From the NCBI GenBank assembly GCA_965222225.1, contig CBDCTK010000002.1, positions 5,312,001 through 5,376,000 of the forward strand: a stretch of DNA of 64,000 nt, written 5' to 3'. This DNA comes from Candidatus Poribacteria bacterium (GTDB taxonomy: Bacteria > Poribacteria > WGA-4E > JAJDTR01). Under the pieces are notes generated by a model that worked only from the letters and a program-made list of their open reading frames with translations, made no database searches and had not been told where the DNA came from. Made by a program: the position numbers and the translations under genes. Of this stretch, positions 17,850-27,813 are shown in pieces. Every line of letters starts with the position of its first letter. The first letter of the stretch is position 1.

Positions 17850-20303
17850 TTATTCGACCTTGCGAATCACGAGACGGTAGTGTTGCCCAATCTTCTTCGT
17901 GTCTGTAATCTCGTGACCATCATTCGTTAGGCTTTTGGGCACGTTTTCAATCGGTTCGCCATCATCAATGGTGATTTCCAGAAGTTGACCGACATCCATC
18001 GTTTCCAAACGGATTTTCGCTCGCACGTAGTTGAATGGACACGCCACACCTTTCAGGTCAAGGCTGTCCACAATTTCCTCAACTGCTTCAACTTTCGACG
18101 GAGCGTCCGGGATACGTGCGGGGCTTGCCTCGCGCCGTTTCCGCTCGCCTCGACTTTGTTGCTGCTCCTCTTCCTGACGAATCTGCATACGATTATAGAC
18201 GTTGTGCGCTTCCTCGATAAAGAGCGTCGCCTCCTCAACCCGCTGATGTGTCAATTCGGCGTTGAGATTATCCGTTCCCTCCTCAACGGCTTTGAAGATG
18301 TGTGCGCCAAAACCGGCAAAGACAATTCGCGGCTCGAAAAACCGGTTCCGAAATTCCGAAACCGTTGTTTCATCGTCAACGTATTGCAAACCTTCTGTCG
18401 TCAGCAAACCATCGGCAGCCCGAATCATTCCTTCAAAGGCGCGTGTAGCAGATTCGACGAACTCCTCTCGTTCGAGCAGCAGCCCGGCTTCATAAAGCAG
18501 ACGATCGGCTTCCTCAAGTTTGAACGAAACTAGCCCAACTAACTTCCCTGCACATTCACCAACACCGGTCTTCAGCTGGAACTCCTTCGTATCACCGGTG
18601 TCAACGTAGTAACTCGGGTCCTCCTCGTAGGTCGGAATCTTGTCGTACTTCAAGAGGACTTTCTTGATTTCAGCTTTCCCCAACCGCCCAATGAAAGCGG
18701 TGAAGGTTTCGTCCTCACCTCGCTCGTCAAGATACCTATCCGTCATTTCCTTGATAAACTCGGGGATATACTTTCCGTGAATCTTGCCGTTGGGAAGTCC
18801 ATAAGAGCCTGCATTATCAACGGCATGACCACCCAAGAGCACCTGATAATACGGCGCGATGTGGTCCCCAAATCGCCGAGATGAGCCAAAGAAACCGATG
18901 TTGGCGATGTGGTGTTGGCCGCACGAGTTTGGGCAACCGCTAATCTTGATTCGCAGGTCGTCGAGTTCAGATTTCACGCCGGTCTGGATGAAATGGTCTC
19001 TCAGGTGTGCTGCCAAACCGCGAGAAGACGACACTCCTAATTTGCAAGAATCGGTGCCCGGGCAAGCCGTAATATCAACCGTAGATTCCGCACCCGGATC
19101 GCCCAAACCGACGGCTTTCAATTCACGATAGAGTGCGGGAAGGTCGGTCATCGTGACCCAACGCAGCACAAGATTCTGCTCTACAGTCGTGCGAACCGTC
19201 TCCTTCACATATCGACGGGCAATGTCCGCCAGCGCCCGCGTTTGGTCGGCGGTGATGTCTCCCAGCGGAAGTGTGACAGTGACGAATGCATAACCAAGCT
19301 GACGCTGTGAACGAACGTTTGAGGCGTACCACTCCTCGAATCCTTCCGGCTTTGTGACTCCGTTCAGTTGCGTCGGCGGCTTCAGCGGCTCTTCGTCATA
19401 CGCATTGAGATTTTCAAGATAACTTGTCCATGCGGGGTCATGTCGCAGTTTCTCACGTTCTTCAAGCACCAAGTGTCGGAACTCGTCAATCCCAAGTTTC
19501 CCGACAACGAACTTCATCCGTGCTTTGTTGCGGTTTTTCCGCTCGCCAAGCCGAGTAAATACTTTGGCAATCGCCTGTGAAATCGGGAGCAACTCCTCCT
19601 CCGGTAAAAACTCATCGAAAACCTTTGCCTGATGGGGTACCGCACCAAGACCGCCGCCAACGAGAAGTTTGAACCCTCGTTTTGGTTTGCCATCGACCTC
19701 TTTCATAACCGCAACTGCCCCGATGTCGTGCATGTATCCCAAACCACAGGCATGTTCATGGCAACCGGAGAACGCAATCTTAAATTTCCGTCCGAAATCT
19801 TGGGCATCGGGGTGACCCAACATAAACGCGGAGAGTGCCTGCGAATGCGGAGTCACGTCAAACGCCTCATCATGGCATACACCGGAAAGCGGACAAGCTG
19901 TTACATTTCGAACCGCATTCCCGCACGCTTCCTTTGTGGTAATGCCGACAGACGCGAGCCGTCGCATCAACTCCGGCGCGTGATTGATGTCAACGTAGTG
20001 ATATTGCACATCTTGGCGCGTAGTAATGTGGATAATATTGTCCGACATCTCCTCGGCGATATCAGCGAGCATCTCAAGTTGCGCCGCATTCAATCCGCCG
20101 AACGGAATCTTCACACGAATCATTTGTGATTGATTGTCGCGTTGTCCGTATACTCCGTGACGCAATCTGAACTCGGTGAAAAGTTCCTCCGGCACGTCGC
20201 CATCTTGGAAGCGATTAAGCTGTGTTTCAAAAATCTCAATCGCGCGGCCAACGTCCTCGGGAATCGTGTCTATGTTATAAGGTATTGCCGCTCCCGTCGC
20301 CAT
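17850..20303 (-). CDS. Siroheme/4Fe-4S nitrite/sulfite reductase with HEPN-like and C-terminal TusA/SirA domain
   Basis: HITTRQD, RKFKIAFSGC, CPGTDSC...SGCPNSCGQH; C-terminal LDLKGVACPFNYV. Confidence 0.9.
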   Translation of the reverse strand: MATGAAIPYNIDTIPEDVGRAIEIFETQLNRFQDGDVPEELFTEFRLRHGVYGQRDNQSQMIRVKIPFGGLNAAQLEMLADIAEEMSDNIIHITTRQDVQYHYVDINHAPELMRRLASVGITTKEACGNAVRNVTACPLSGVCHDEAFDVTPHSQALSAFMLGHPDAQDFGRKFKIAFSGCHEHACGLGYMHDIGAVAVMKEVDGKPKRGFKLLVGGGLGAVPHQAKVFDEFLPEEELLPISQAIAKVFTRLGERKNRNKARMKFVVGKLGIDEFRHLVLEEREKLRHDPAWTSYLENLNAYDEEPLKPPTQLNGVTKPEGFEEWYASNVRSQRQLGYAFVTVTLPLGDITADQTRALADIARRYVKETVRTTVEQNLVLRWVTMTDLPALYRELKAVGLGDPGAESTVDITACPGTDSCKLGVSSSRGLAAHLRDHFIQTGVKSELDDLRIKISGCPNSCGQHHIANIGFFGSSRRFGDHIAPYYQVLLGGHAVDNAGSYGLPNGKIHGKYIPEFIKEMTDRYLDERGEDETFTAFIGRLGKAEIKKVLLKYDKIPTYEEDPSYYVDTGDTKEFQLKTGVGECAGKLVGLVSFKLEEADRLLYEAGLLLEREEFVESATRAFEGMIRAADGLLTTEGLQYVDDETTVSEFRNRFFEPRIVFAGFGAHIFKAVEEGTDNLNAELTHQRVEEATLFIEEAHNVYNRMQIRQEEEQQQSRGERKRREASPARIPDAPSKVEAVEEIVDSLDLKGVACPFNYVRAKIRLETMDVGQLLEITIDDGEPIENVPKSLTNDGHEITDTKKIGQHYRLVIRKVE

Positions 20304-20399
20304 TTCTTTCTCCTTAGTTTTTTGCGGTAATGATGGAAAGAGAAACTGTCCTCTGCAAATCTCAAAATTGGATTGTGCAAGCCTGCCGATAAAAGATTG

Positions 20400-20423
20400 A
20401 AGGTGACCAATGTAGTCGGATTT
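20400..20423. promoter_or_regulatory. Putative Rrf2-family (IscR/CymR-like) operator
   Basis: TGAC-CAATGTA-GTCGG has the GAC-N7-GTC spacing; upstream of sulfite reductase; TTGATT-18-TATACT promoter on the minus strand nearby. Confidence 0.4.
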
Positions 20424-20539
20424 ACGTATAAAATTTTAGACCAATTTGATTATATTTAGATCGGCTATAGTATAATACAATTTAGAGTAGCAAATCAAAC
20501 TTTATTTGGTCTGCAGGACAATCGCCCCAGACCCTAGAA

Positions 20540-20604
20540 GATTAACCGACCGGATAGCGAATGCGACAATACTTCCATAGAGATCTCAGTGCGATAGCAA
20601 CCCC
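20540..20604 (+). repeat. GATCAA..GCGATAG mini-element (degenerate copy plus extra tail)
   Basis: GATTAACCGACCGGATAGCGAATGCGACAA...GCGATAGCAACCCC. Confidence 0.7.
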
Positions 20605-20916
20605 GATGACCAAGCCGTCGATTGTCCCTAATTATCTTGTCATTCAATCGTTGCTCCTTTCTTCAACTAAGTCAGTGGAAATCAAGAAAGGTAATCCTAC
20701 AAAATTTACGCACCGACCTACGTCAAGAAAAGATGAACTTCGCATGGGGGAGGCAGATGTATTGAAAACACGAAAGTCACAGCAATGGGCAGGACAAGGT
20801 TTAAGGTTTGATGGCGTGCAAACCATCAGCAACTGTTCAGAATTGGTTCGCGCACATTGTTTTATTCTTGAATAACCGCTGACATCCTATCGACAAATAA
20901 ATCGTCGTAACCCTAA

Positions 20917-21196
20917 GAGCCTGTTTGAAAAGTACATTTGTAGGGTGCGCACTGCGCACCAACCTCTAAAAGCCCCAGAGTGGGATCAAGGGAGCGAATA
21001 GCGACTGCGATAGAGATCCATGAAGGTGTATAGAAACGCCAAAACCCCGTGCACCTAAGCCCCAGCGGGGATCAAACGAACGGATAGTGAGTGCGATAGC
21101 AATCCCATAGGTACGTAGCAGGCAACAATTAAGACATGGAAGAACTTCCCACAAATGACCAAAAATGGCTTTCCTATCGATTATTCAAACAGGTTC
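20917..21196. mobile_element. IS5-like MITE carrying a REP and two mini-element copies (20984, 21070)
   Basis: Terminal inverted repeats GAGCCTGTTTGAA / TTCAAACAGGTTC, flanked by TAA on both sides. Confidence 0.7.
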
Positions 21197-21248
21197 TAAA
21201 CGAAGACCGGGGGAATGGATGCAGAGAATTGCAACTCGCCTCAATTCC

Positions 21249-22010
21249 CTACCATGTTGCGAAGTCCCTGAGAAATAAGACTACCTCTGCTGTAATGGCG
21301 TTCAGTAAAGATTCGCCCTTTTCCGCAGTCGCGTGTTGAGGTCCTCCCATTGCGCCGGTTGGTGTCCAAGTATTCATCCGTTTGGCGACATTGACTCGCC
21401 CGCCCTGTTCGCTATGGAAGAACGGCGAGTCCACTAGAGGGGGGCTTGACGTGACTCTGTCCATCCGCATAATCTCGCCGTGCAACGATAACATCATGGA
21501 GGTCTCGTATTCGCAGGCGTGTGATAACTGTTTCGTCTGCATGCCGTGGTTTTCCGCCGCCATGACGGGCGATGCGACTGACCAATAGGACGCCAGTGCC
21601 ATCCAGAGATTGTTGTACACTTCGGATTCGGTAGACAACTCCGTAATCGCCTGTGTGCCTGGAATGACATTGCCGCCGTGACCGTTCAGGAAGAAAATCC
21701 GTTGAAATCCCGCTTTGCTAATAGAACGTACGATGTTCTTAATGATTAATGTATAAACATGATTGGGAACGCTCGTCGTTCCGGGCAAATCAAGATGATG
21801 ATCTGATGCGCCAAGCCACAGCGTCGGTAGAAAGTACGTCTGCTCACGAAGCTCTTGTTCGACACGTTCGGCGACCACGGTGACCAAATACGTGTCCGTT
21901 AGGAGCGGGGAATGGTGGCCGTGCTGCTCCATTGAACCAAGCGGAACCACAACAACTTTATTCTTGTCCGCTTGCTCAATATCCACCCAACAACCATCAC
22001 CATATTTCAC
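21249..22010 (-). CDS. Creatininase / creatinine amidohydrolase family protein
   Basis: PLGSMEQHGHHSP..TD, NGHGGN, HACEYETS. Confidence 0.9.
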   Translation of the reverse strand: MKYGDGCWVDIEQADKNKVVVVPLGSMEQHGHHSPLLTDTYLVTVVAERVEQELREQTYFLPTLWLGASDHHLDLPGTTSVPNHVYTLIIKNIVRSISKAGFQRIFFLNGHGGNVIPGTQAITELSTESEVYNNLWMALASYWSVASPVMAAENHGMQTKQLSHACEYETSMMLSLHGEIMRMDRVTSSPPLVDSPFFHSEQGGRVNVAKRMNTWTPTGAMGGPQHATAEKGESLLNAITAEVVLFLRDFATW

Positions 22011-22077
22011 AGTATCTTTCCTCCTCGCCCACGTTCGAGGGCGCGATTAAATTTCATCGTGTGTCGCAACACGCATT

Positions 22078-23883
22078 TCATTCTGTATCATCTTCACCGT
22101 AAATGGCGTTAATTTCACCGCTGAAGTGATCGAGAATAACTTGACGCTTCAGTTTAAGAGTGGGCGTCATCTCATCCTCTTCTTGTGTAAATTCTCGACT
22201 TAGCACGGCGAACATTCTAGGGCGTTCAAAGTCTGCAAAGTCTACCACGAGCCGATTGATTTCTCCTCGGATGAGTTGTCGAACTTCCTTGGTTTCAACC
22301 AGCGTCGCATTATTCCCCGTATCCAAGCCTTGCTCTTTCCCGTATTCTCCGAGTGCGTCGAAATTCGGGACAACCAGCGCGGCAACGCTTTTCTGTCCAT
22401 CCCCGATTAACATAACCTGACTGATATAATCGCTTTGTACAAGTTGGCTTTCAATCGGTTGCGGTGCGACATTTTTCCCGTTGGACAACACGAGAATGTT
22501 CTTCTTTCGGTCTGTAATCTTCAGAAATCCGCCTTCATCAAACAGACCAATGTCTCCGGTGCGGAACCAGCCATCGGGGCCAATTGCCTCTGACGTATCC
22601 TCGGGTCGATTGTAATATCCTTTCATGATATGTGGTCCCCTAGATAGGATTTCGCCATCTTCGGCAATTTTGACTTCAACACCGGGAATGGGTTTGCCAA
22701 CGGTGCCAAATTTCCAAGCGTTTGGGCAATTTACGGAAATCACCGGCGAGGTTTCAGTCAAGCCATATCCTTCAAGAATCAGAATACCAGCCGCATGGAA
22801 GAATTCTGCAATGGATTGGGGCAAGGCGGCGCCACCCGACACAAAAAATCGCAATCGTCCGCCTACTCTGGCTAGAATTTTCCCGAAAACCAATTTGTTT
22901 GCAAGTCCCATTTTCAGCTTCAATAGGAAAGACGGTTCCTTGTGCGCCTGTATAGCCTGACTCACCTTTTTGCCGGTTTCTACCCCCCAGCCGAATATCT
23001 TCTGTTTAACGGGCGAGCCCTCTTTCACTGCACGAAGAATCCGCTCATGCATCGTCTCATAGAGACGAGGAACACTCGCCATAACAGTAGGACGTACCTC
23101 CCCCAAGTTTTTAGCGACCGTAAACGGGCTTTCCGCATAGGCAATGGTCGAGCCACAAGTAAGTGGCAAATAATGTCCTGCCATTCGCTCAAACACGTGT
23201 GATAGAGGTAAAAATGACAGAAGTACATCCTCTTGGCTAATGCCTATAAGCTCAACACAGGCGCTGGCATTGAACATGAAGTTGTGATGGGTAAGCATTG
23301 CCCCTTTTGGATCGCCGGTTGTCCCTGAAGTATAAATGATTGTGACAAGATCGTCGGCGTTTGCCGCTTCGCTTGCTTCTTGGTAAATTTGAGTTCCATT
23401 CTCGACCTTCTTGCCGAGGTCGCACACTTCCTCAAAGCTCAAATCTTGACCATCTGTGTCCGACTTTGTGGCGTCAAAAACAATGACTCGCTCAAGATGT
23501 GATACGTTCTCTCGGAATGCCTCAATCTTTTTCAACTGGTTTTCATTTGATACACATACGATTTTGGCTCCTGAATCTTTCACTATATACTCTACTTGGG
23601 CGGGTGTCAGCGTTGGAAACATGGGTACATTCACGCCGCCCGCAGCAATAATCGCCAAGTCTGTAATTGCCCATTCTGGACGGTTCTCGGACAATAATAC
23701 AACGCGGTCACCTCGTTCCATACCAAGCTCGACGAGTCCTAAAGCGAAGTTTTCCACACGCTCTCCGAGTTCGGCGTAGGAGATAGCTTGATAACTACCG
23801 TCAATCTTGCTAGAGAGTGCCGCTTTCGATCCGTAATGACGAATCGAATTCGCAAGCATTTCATTAATGGTCATTTTATCCAT
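22078..23883 (-). CDS. fadD: Long-chain fatty acid-CoA ligase (AMP-dependent)
   Basis: YTSGTTGDPKG, EGYGLTETSP, TGDIG, TPTLKLKR. Confidence 0.92.
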   Translation of the reverse strand: MDKMTINEMLANSIRHYGSKAALSSKIDGSYQAISYAELGERVENFALGLVELGMERGDRVVLLSENRPEWAITDLAIIAAGGVNVPMFPTLTPAQVEYIVKDSGAKIVCVSNENQLKKIEAFRENVSHLERVIVFDATKSDTDGQDLSFEEVCDLGKKVENGTQIYQEASEAANADDLVTIIYTSGTTGDPKGAMLTHHNFMFNASACVELIGISQEDVLLSFLPLSHVFERMAGHYLPLTCGSTIAYAESPFTVAKNLGEVRPTVMASVPRLYETMHERILRAVKEGSPVKQKIFGWGVETGKKVSQAIQAHKEPSFLLKLKMGLANKLVFGKILARVGGRLRFFVSGGAALPQSIAEFFHAAGILILEGYGLTETSPVISVNCPNAWKFGTVGKPIPGVEVKIAEDGEILSRGPHIMKGYYNRPEDTSEAIGPDGWFRTGDIGLFDEGGFLKITDRKKNILVLSNGKNVAPQPIESQLVQSDYISQVMLIGDGQKSVAALVVPNFDALGEYGKEQGLDTGNNATLVETKEVRQLIRGEINRLVVDFADFERPRMFAVLSREFTQEEDEMTPTLKLKRQVILDHFSGEINAIYGEDDTE

Positions 23884-24059
23884 AATTTTATCCTTGCATT
23901 CTAGACTGGACGTTAGGAATCTGGAGCTTATTAGTGGTTTTCGTTACTCAAGAAAATGAGATGGATTTATGTGAAAATGCGTTCAATTGCGTTCAATACA
24001 GATAGCTTATTCTAAAAAAATGGGACCGTAAATGCCGTTTGAATTCCAAAGCGCGATTG

Positions 24060-24890
24060 TTAGCGGCTAACCCGCTTACGTCTTCCCGCAACATGCGATG
24101 CTGGGACGCCTACCTCCTCCACAGGACTGGAAGACCTCCGTGCAGTTCCATAAATAATCCAACTACCAACGATTGCCAATGCAATACTAATTAGTTGTGC
24201 TGTCGTCAACCCGGCGATGACACGCTCACTCGCCCGCCAGAACTCGGCAATGAAACGTTCAACTCCCGCCGCTACAAGTCCCGCGCCCACCAGCCACCCG
24301 GCTATCCCCTCTTTCTTTTTACGGATTGACCATAGTAGTGCAAAACCGACGAGCGACAATCCAAATTCATACAGGGGCGTTGGGTGAACGGGCACGTTTA
24401 TGGGAACCGTGCCTCTTGGAAATGGCATTGCCCAAGGCAAATCCGATGGCGGACCATAGTCACCATCCCCAGAGAGGAAACATCCGATTCGTCCAATGCC
24501 ATATCCGAGTAAAAGTAGAGGAGCAAGAGCGTCAAGCGTTGGCAAGAGAGGGTCGGAAGATCGATGTATGACCCAGATCGCGGCTGCAAACCCTCCAATT
24601 AGACCACCATACCACACAAGCCCGCTGTTTGAGAACAATTCTCTTAATGAAAGGCTGCCATCTTGCAGGGATGAATAAAGTTTTGCGCCAATGATACCGC
24701 CTAAAGCGCCCCATAAAATAATAGATGAGGCAAGCCTAGGCTCAAGTCCTTTTCGTTTGAACTCGCGTTGCCCCATATACATACAAGTAAGGAAGGCAAG
24801 CGCCATCATCAACCCATAACTGTGTACCGCTATAGGTAGGTGGATCGGGCCAAGGTGTAGGGTTGGTAACTCAAATATGGTTGGATACAT
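24060..24890 (-). CDS. lgt: Prolipoprotein diacylglyceryl transferase
   Basis: SYGL, YGG, GRIGCFL.G, HPTPLYE, RF..EF.R. Confidence 0.93.
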   Translation of the reverse strand: MYPTIFELPTLHLGPIHLPIAVHSYGLMMALAFLTCMYMGQREFKRKGLEPRLASSIILWGALGGIIGAKLYSSLQDGSLSLRELFSNSGLVWYGGLIGGFAAAIWVIHRSSDPLLPTLDALAPLLLLGYGIGRIGCFLSGDGDYGPPSDLPWAMPFPRGTVPINVPVHPTPLYEFGLSLVGFALLWSIRKKKEGIAGWLVGAGLVAAGVERFIAEFWRASERVIAGLTTAQLISIALAIVGSWIIYGTARRSSSPVEEVGVPASHVAGRRKRVSR

Positions 24891-25240
24891 GATTCATCAC
24901 GAAAAAGAGAGATGGTTGTCTCATTCACCCGCAGCAACATCTTTTAAAGGTAGGCAAAACATCCAAAGCACAACCGAAACTGTGTGCTAAAATCCTAATA
25001 TCCACCCAAACCGCTACTGCGCCATTAGAATATTCGACCCCCTAAAAAATGTCAAGCAGAATCTCGCTCCTAATTCGTCTGTTTTTTTTGAAAAAGGCTT
25101 TGCAAACTTTTCTGAAATGTGCTATACTTGGCGCATCCAACTTCCGAGAGACGCTAGGAGCGTTATACCGCAAGGGTTTTCCTCTGTTTTGTAGTATTCT
25201 CTGCAACGTGCCTCAGGTATTGGAAAGGGTAGCAGCATTT

Positions 25241-26113
25241 ATGACTCGACGGGAACTCTGGTTGGCGCTTGCATCGGTTGAAGGCATCGGCCCGATTCGA
25301 ATTAATCGGCTCTTGGCTCGCTTTGGAAGCGTGGAAAAAGTTTTTGATGCCGAATGCTCGGAAATCGCTTGTCTTCCGCTTTTCAATCCGGTTTTAGCGT
25401 CGCGTGTTTTGGAAACTCGAGAGCGCCTCGGTAAATTTCGACGCCAAATGGAGTGGCTCAAGAGTCAAGGCGTTGAGGTTTTGTGCTTGGAAGATGCAAA
25501 TTACCCTGATAAGTTGAGGGTCATTTCCAACGCTCCGCCAATTCTTTATAAAAAAGGTAAATTGACGGGAGTCAGTCGGAAGGCTATAGCAATCGTTGGT
25601 TCGACTCAGCCGACACAGATGGGCATTCTGACAACCTTGGAGTTGTCGAAGTCTCTCGCTCAGGCAGGTTTCACGGTTGTTAGTGGCTTTGCCAAGGGGA
25701 TTGACACTTCTGCCCATTTTGGCGCGCTTTCGGTGGGTGGAAAGACCGTGGGGGTGTTTGGTGGGGATCTTTTTTCGATATACCCCACAGAAAATCGACC
25801 GCTTGCAGCGCAAGTTTGTAAAAGTGGCATGCTCCTGTCTGAACATCCGTTTGATAAGCGGCCCACACCCGCAAATCTAATTCTACGTAACCGAATTATC
25901 AGTGGGCTGTCAATTGCGACAATTGTAGTTGAAGCCAGAGAAAACGGCGGCGCGGTGCGCACGGCAGGCTATGCCCTCGAACAAGGACGTGCGGTTTTCG
26001 CTTACGACTGGCAAAAAAGTCATCGCTTGAGCGAGGGCCCTCGCCATCTTCTTCAACGAGGGGCAATACCAATCACTCTTGGACGGCTGAGGATATTCAG
26101 AATCGTCTATTAA
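25241..26113 (+). CDS. dprA: DNA-processing protein DprA (probable frameshift near 26085; alternative end at 26178)
   Basis: AIVGS, VVSGFAKGID..AH, RNRIISGLS, VVEA. Confidence 0.9.
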   Translation: MTRRELWLALASVEGIGPIRINRLLARFGSVEKVFDAECSEIACLPLFNPVLASRVLETRERLGKFRRQMEWLKSQGVEVLCLEDANYPDKLRVISNAPPILYKKGKLTGVSRKAIAIVGSTQPTQMGILTTLELSKSLAQAGFTVVSGFAKGIDTSAHFGALSVGGKTVGVFGGDLFSIYPTENRPLAAQVCKSGMLLSEHPFDKRPTPANLILRNRIISGLSIATIVVEARENGGAVRTAGYALEQGRAVFAYDWQKSHRLSEGPRHLLQRGAIPITLGRLRIFRIVY

Positions 26114-26508
26114 ATCCGGAACTGTTCACGGAGCAACCGAGGAATAGTTCTCTAGTTGAGCAAATGGAACTGTTTTAGGAGGTGTTTTTGAAGACTTAAG
26201 AACTTCGGTAGGCAAAAAATTTGGAAAAATGTGCAGGTTTTTCTTTACAACAATCGGAAATTCTGGTAGACTATAATCTACCTTGCACGAATTAAGTCAA
26301 AAACATGCGGATGCTTGGTTGATTGAAAGCATTACAACACTTGGCATGTTCTTGAGGTTTGACATTGGCGCTGCTGCTAACGGGATTGAAAATCTATTGA
26401 ATACTTCACCCTTCGGGCACATATGCCGATTTTGATTGCGAGGACTGATTTAGGCTGTCTAGCTAAACCTAGATGTTTTTATACGCAAATTAAAAAGGAG
26501 TAGAAATA

Positions 26509-27147
26509 ATGCACAAGCTCTTTCGAACCTTAGCTTTGGTAATGACTGCGATGTTGGTTTCCTACGTAGTTGGATGCGGTGGTGGTGAGACGGAACCGGA
26601 TGGTCCTGCGTCGGCTACGACCGTTACGGCTGATCCACCGAGTGGATCTACGGTTCCGTCAAATGCCGTAATCAAGCTTACCCTCGATCAGGCGGTTGAT
26701 GCTGTTGCAGGCGCAACGGGCTCAGGGAAAAACTGGGAGGTTGCGGCGGCCGGTAACTTGAGCGTGACTTGGACCAACAAGGATGGATCTGCTGGAGGAC
26801 CTGAGACCTTCACCTACACGCTTCAAGCTCCGGATAATGATGCGCCGAAGATTACCGGCGGCACGGTAACCAATGGAGCTAAAGATGTTGATCCCGGACC
26901 TATAAATGCGGATAAGATTCAAATCACGTTCGATGAGGATGTTACCGGTACAGCCGAATTGAACTTTGAGGACAATACATCTGCTGGTTGGCAAGGGGCG
27001 GTTACGGGCATGAATGCCGAACTTACCCCTGTTGCAGGGAAGGAACTCGCCAACTCGGTGACCTATGTAGTCGTGCTCAACGTTAGCGATAAGGCAGGGA
27101 ATAAGGCTGCGTTCATGGTCGAGTTTACTACCAAGGCAAAAGAATAG
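26509..27147 (+). CDS. Lipoprotein with bacterial Ig-like (Big_5-type) domains
   Basis: Lipobox VVGC, strong AAGGAG SD, I.ITFDE.V...Y.V....V.D.AGN. Confidence 0.8.
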   Translation: MHKLFRTLALVMTAMLVSYVVGCGGGETEPDGPASATTVTADPPSGSTVPSNAVIKLTLDQAVDAVAGATGSGKNWEVAAAGNLSVTWTNKDGSAGGPETFTYTLQAPDNDAPKITGGTVTNGAKDVDPGPINADKIQITFDEDVTGTAELNFEDNTSAGWQGAVTGMNAELTPVAGKELANSVTYVVVLNVSDKAGNKAAFMVEFTTKAKE

Positions 27148-27184
27148 GTGTTTTAGCCACCCGGTTCGTTGAAATGCTGTTTTC

Positions 27185-27219
27185 AAGGCAACACGTTATA
27201 GAACGTGTTGCCTTTTTTT
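27185..27219 (+). terminator. Rho-independent terminator
   Basis: AAGGCAACACGTT-ATAG-AACGTGTTGCCTT followed by a T-run. Confidence 0.9.
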
Positions 27220-27255
27220 GTTCCATTTTCAAGAGAAAGCTGCACATTCTGAGGC

Positions 27256-27474
27256 TATAGTCATGTCCATTCATGTGTACCCATATTAATGAGAGAAATT
27301 AGCGACTTGATTGTTGAAGATTGTTACGACAAACTTACTGTAGGAGCGATCTCCCGATCGCGACCGCCTGTCGCTAGGAAAGCTCGCTCCTACAGAAGAC
27401 GCGCAATAAATTGCACTACGATGAATCAAACTGCATAAATCCTATATGTGTAATTCTCAGTTGTAATGACTATA
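27256..27474. mobile_element. MITE containing a REP doublet (REPIN, 27340-27393)
   Basis: Ends TATAGTCAT/ATGACTATA; an inverted relative at ~50908-51082 shares GTTTGTCGTAACAATCTTCAA and the REP doublet. Confidence 0.6.
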
Positions 27475-27679
27475 ATTGTAGGGGACGGCCCCCCCCATGG
27501 TTGTAAAGGACAACCATGACTGTGCCGAGGCGGCGGCGTGCAATCTTCTCGGAGACCGATTGGGAGGTATCTGTTGCGAGAGGATGAACTCAGGGAAGGA
27601 TTCCGGCTAAGGGAGGAAATCGGCGATTTGATGATCGCGCAGATTCCACACAGAAACAGGGGTGATTTTATCCGCTAGT

Positions 27680-27759
27680 GATTAACTGAGCGAATAGATC
27701 AAACGACTGAACAAGGAGTGTGATAGAGATTCCGAGGCGATAGCAATCCCATAGATATC
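27680..27759 (+). repeat. GATCAA..GCGATAG mini-element, nested pair
   Basis: Inner copy at 27697 interrupts an outer copy starting at 27680. Confidence 0.8.
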
Positions 27760-27813
27760 GGTAAAACCCAACTATCTACCATCGATAACGTAGGGACATG
27801 TGCTCAATCGAAT

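Noticed and set aside
26290-26500. Possible riboswitch in the long leader of the Ig-like lipoprotein
   Set aside because: Only small hairpins (e.g. CCCTTCGGG); no recognisable riboswitch consensus.
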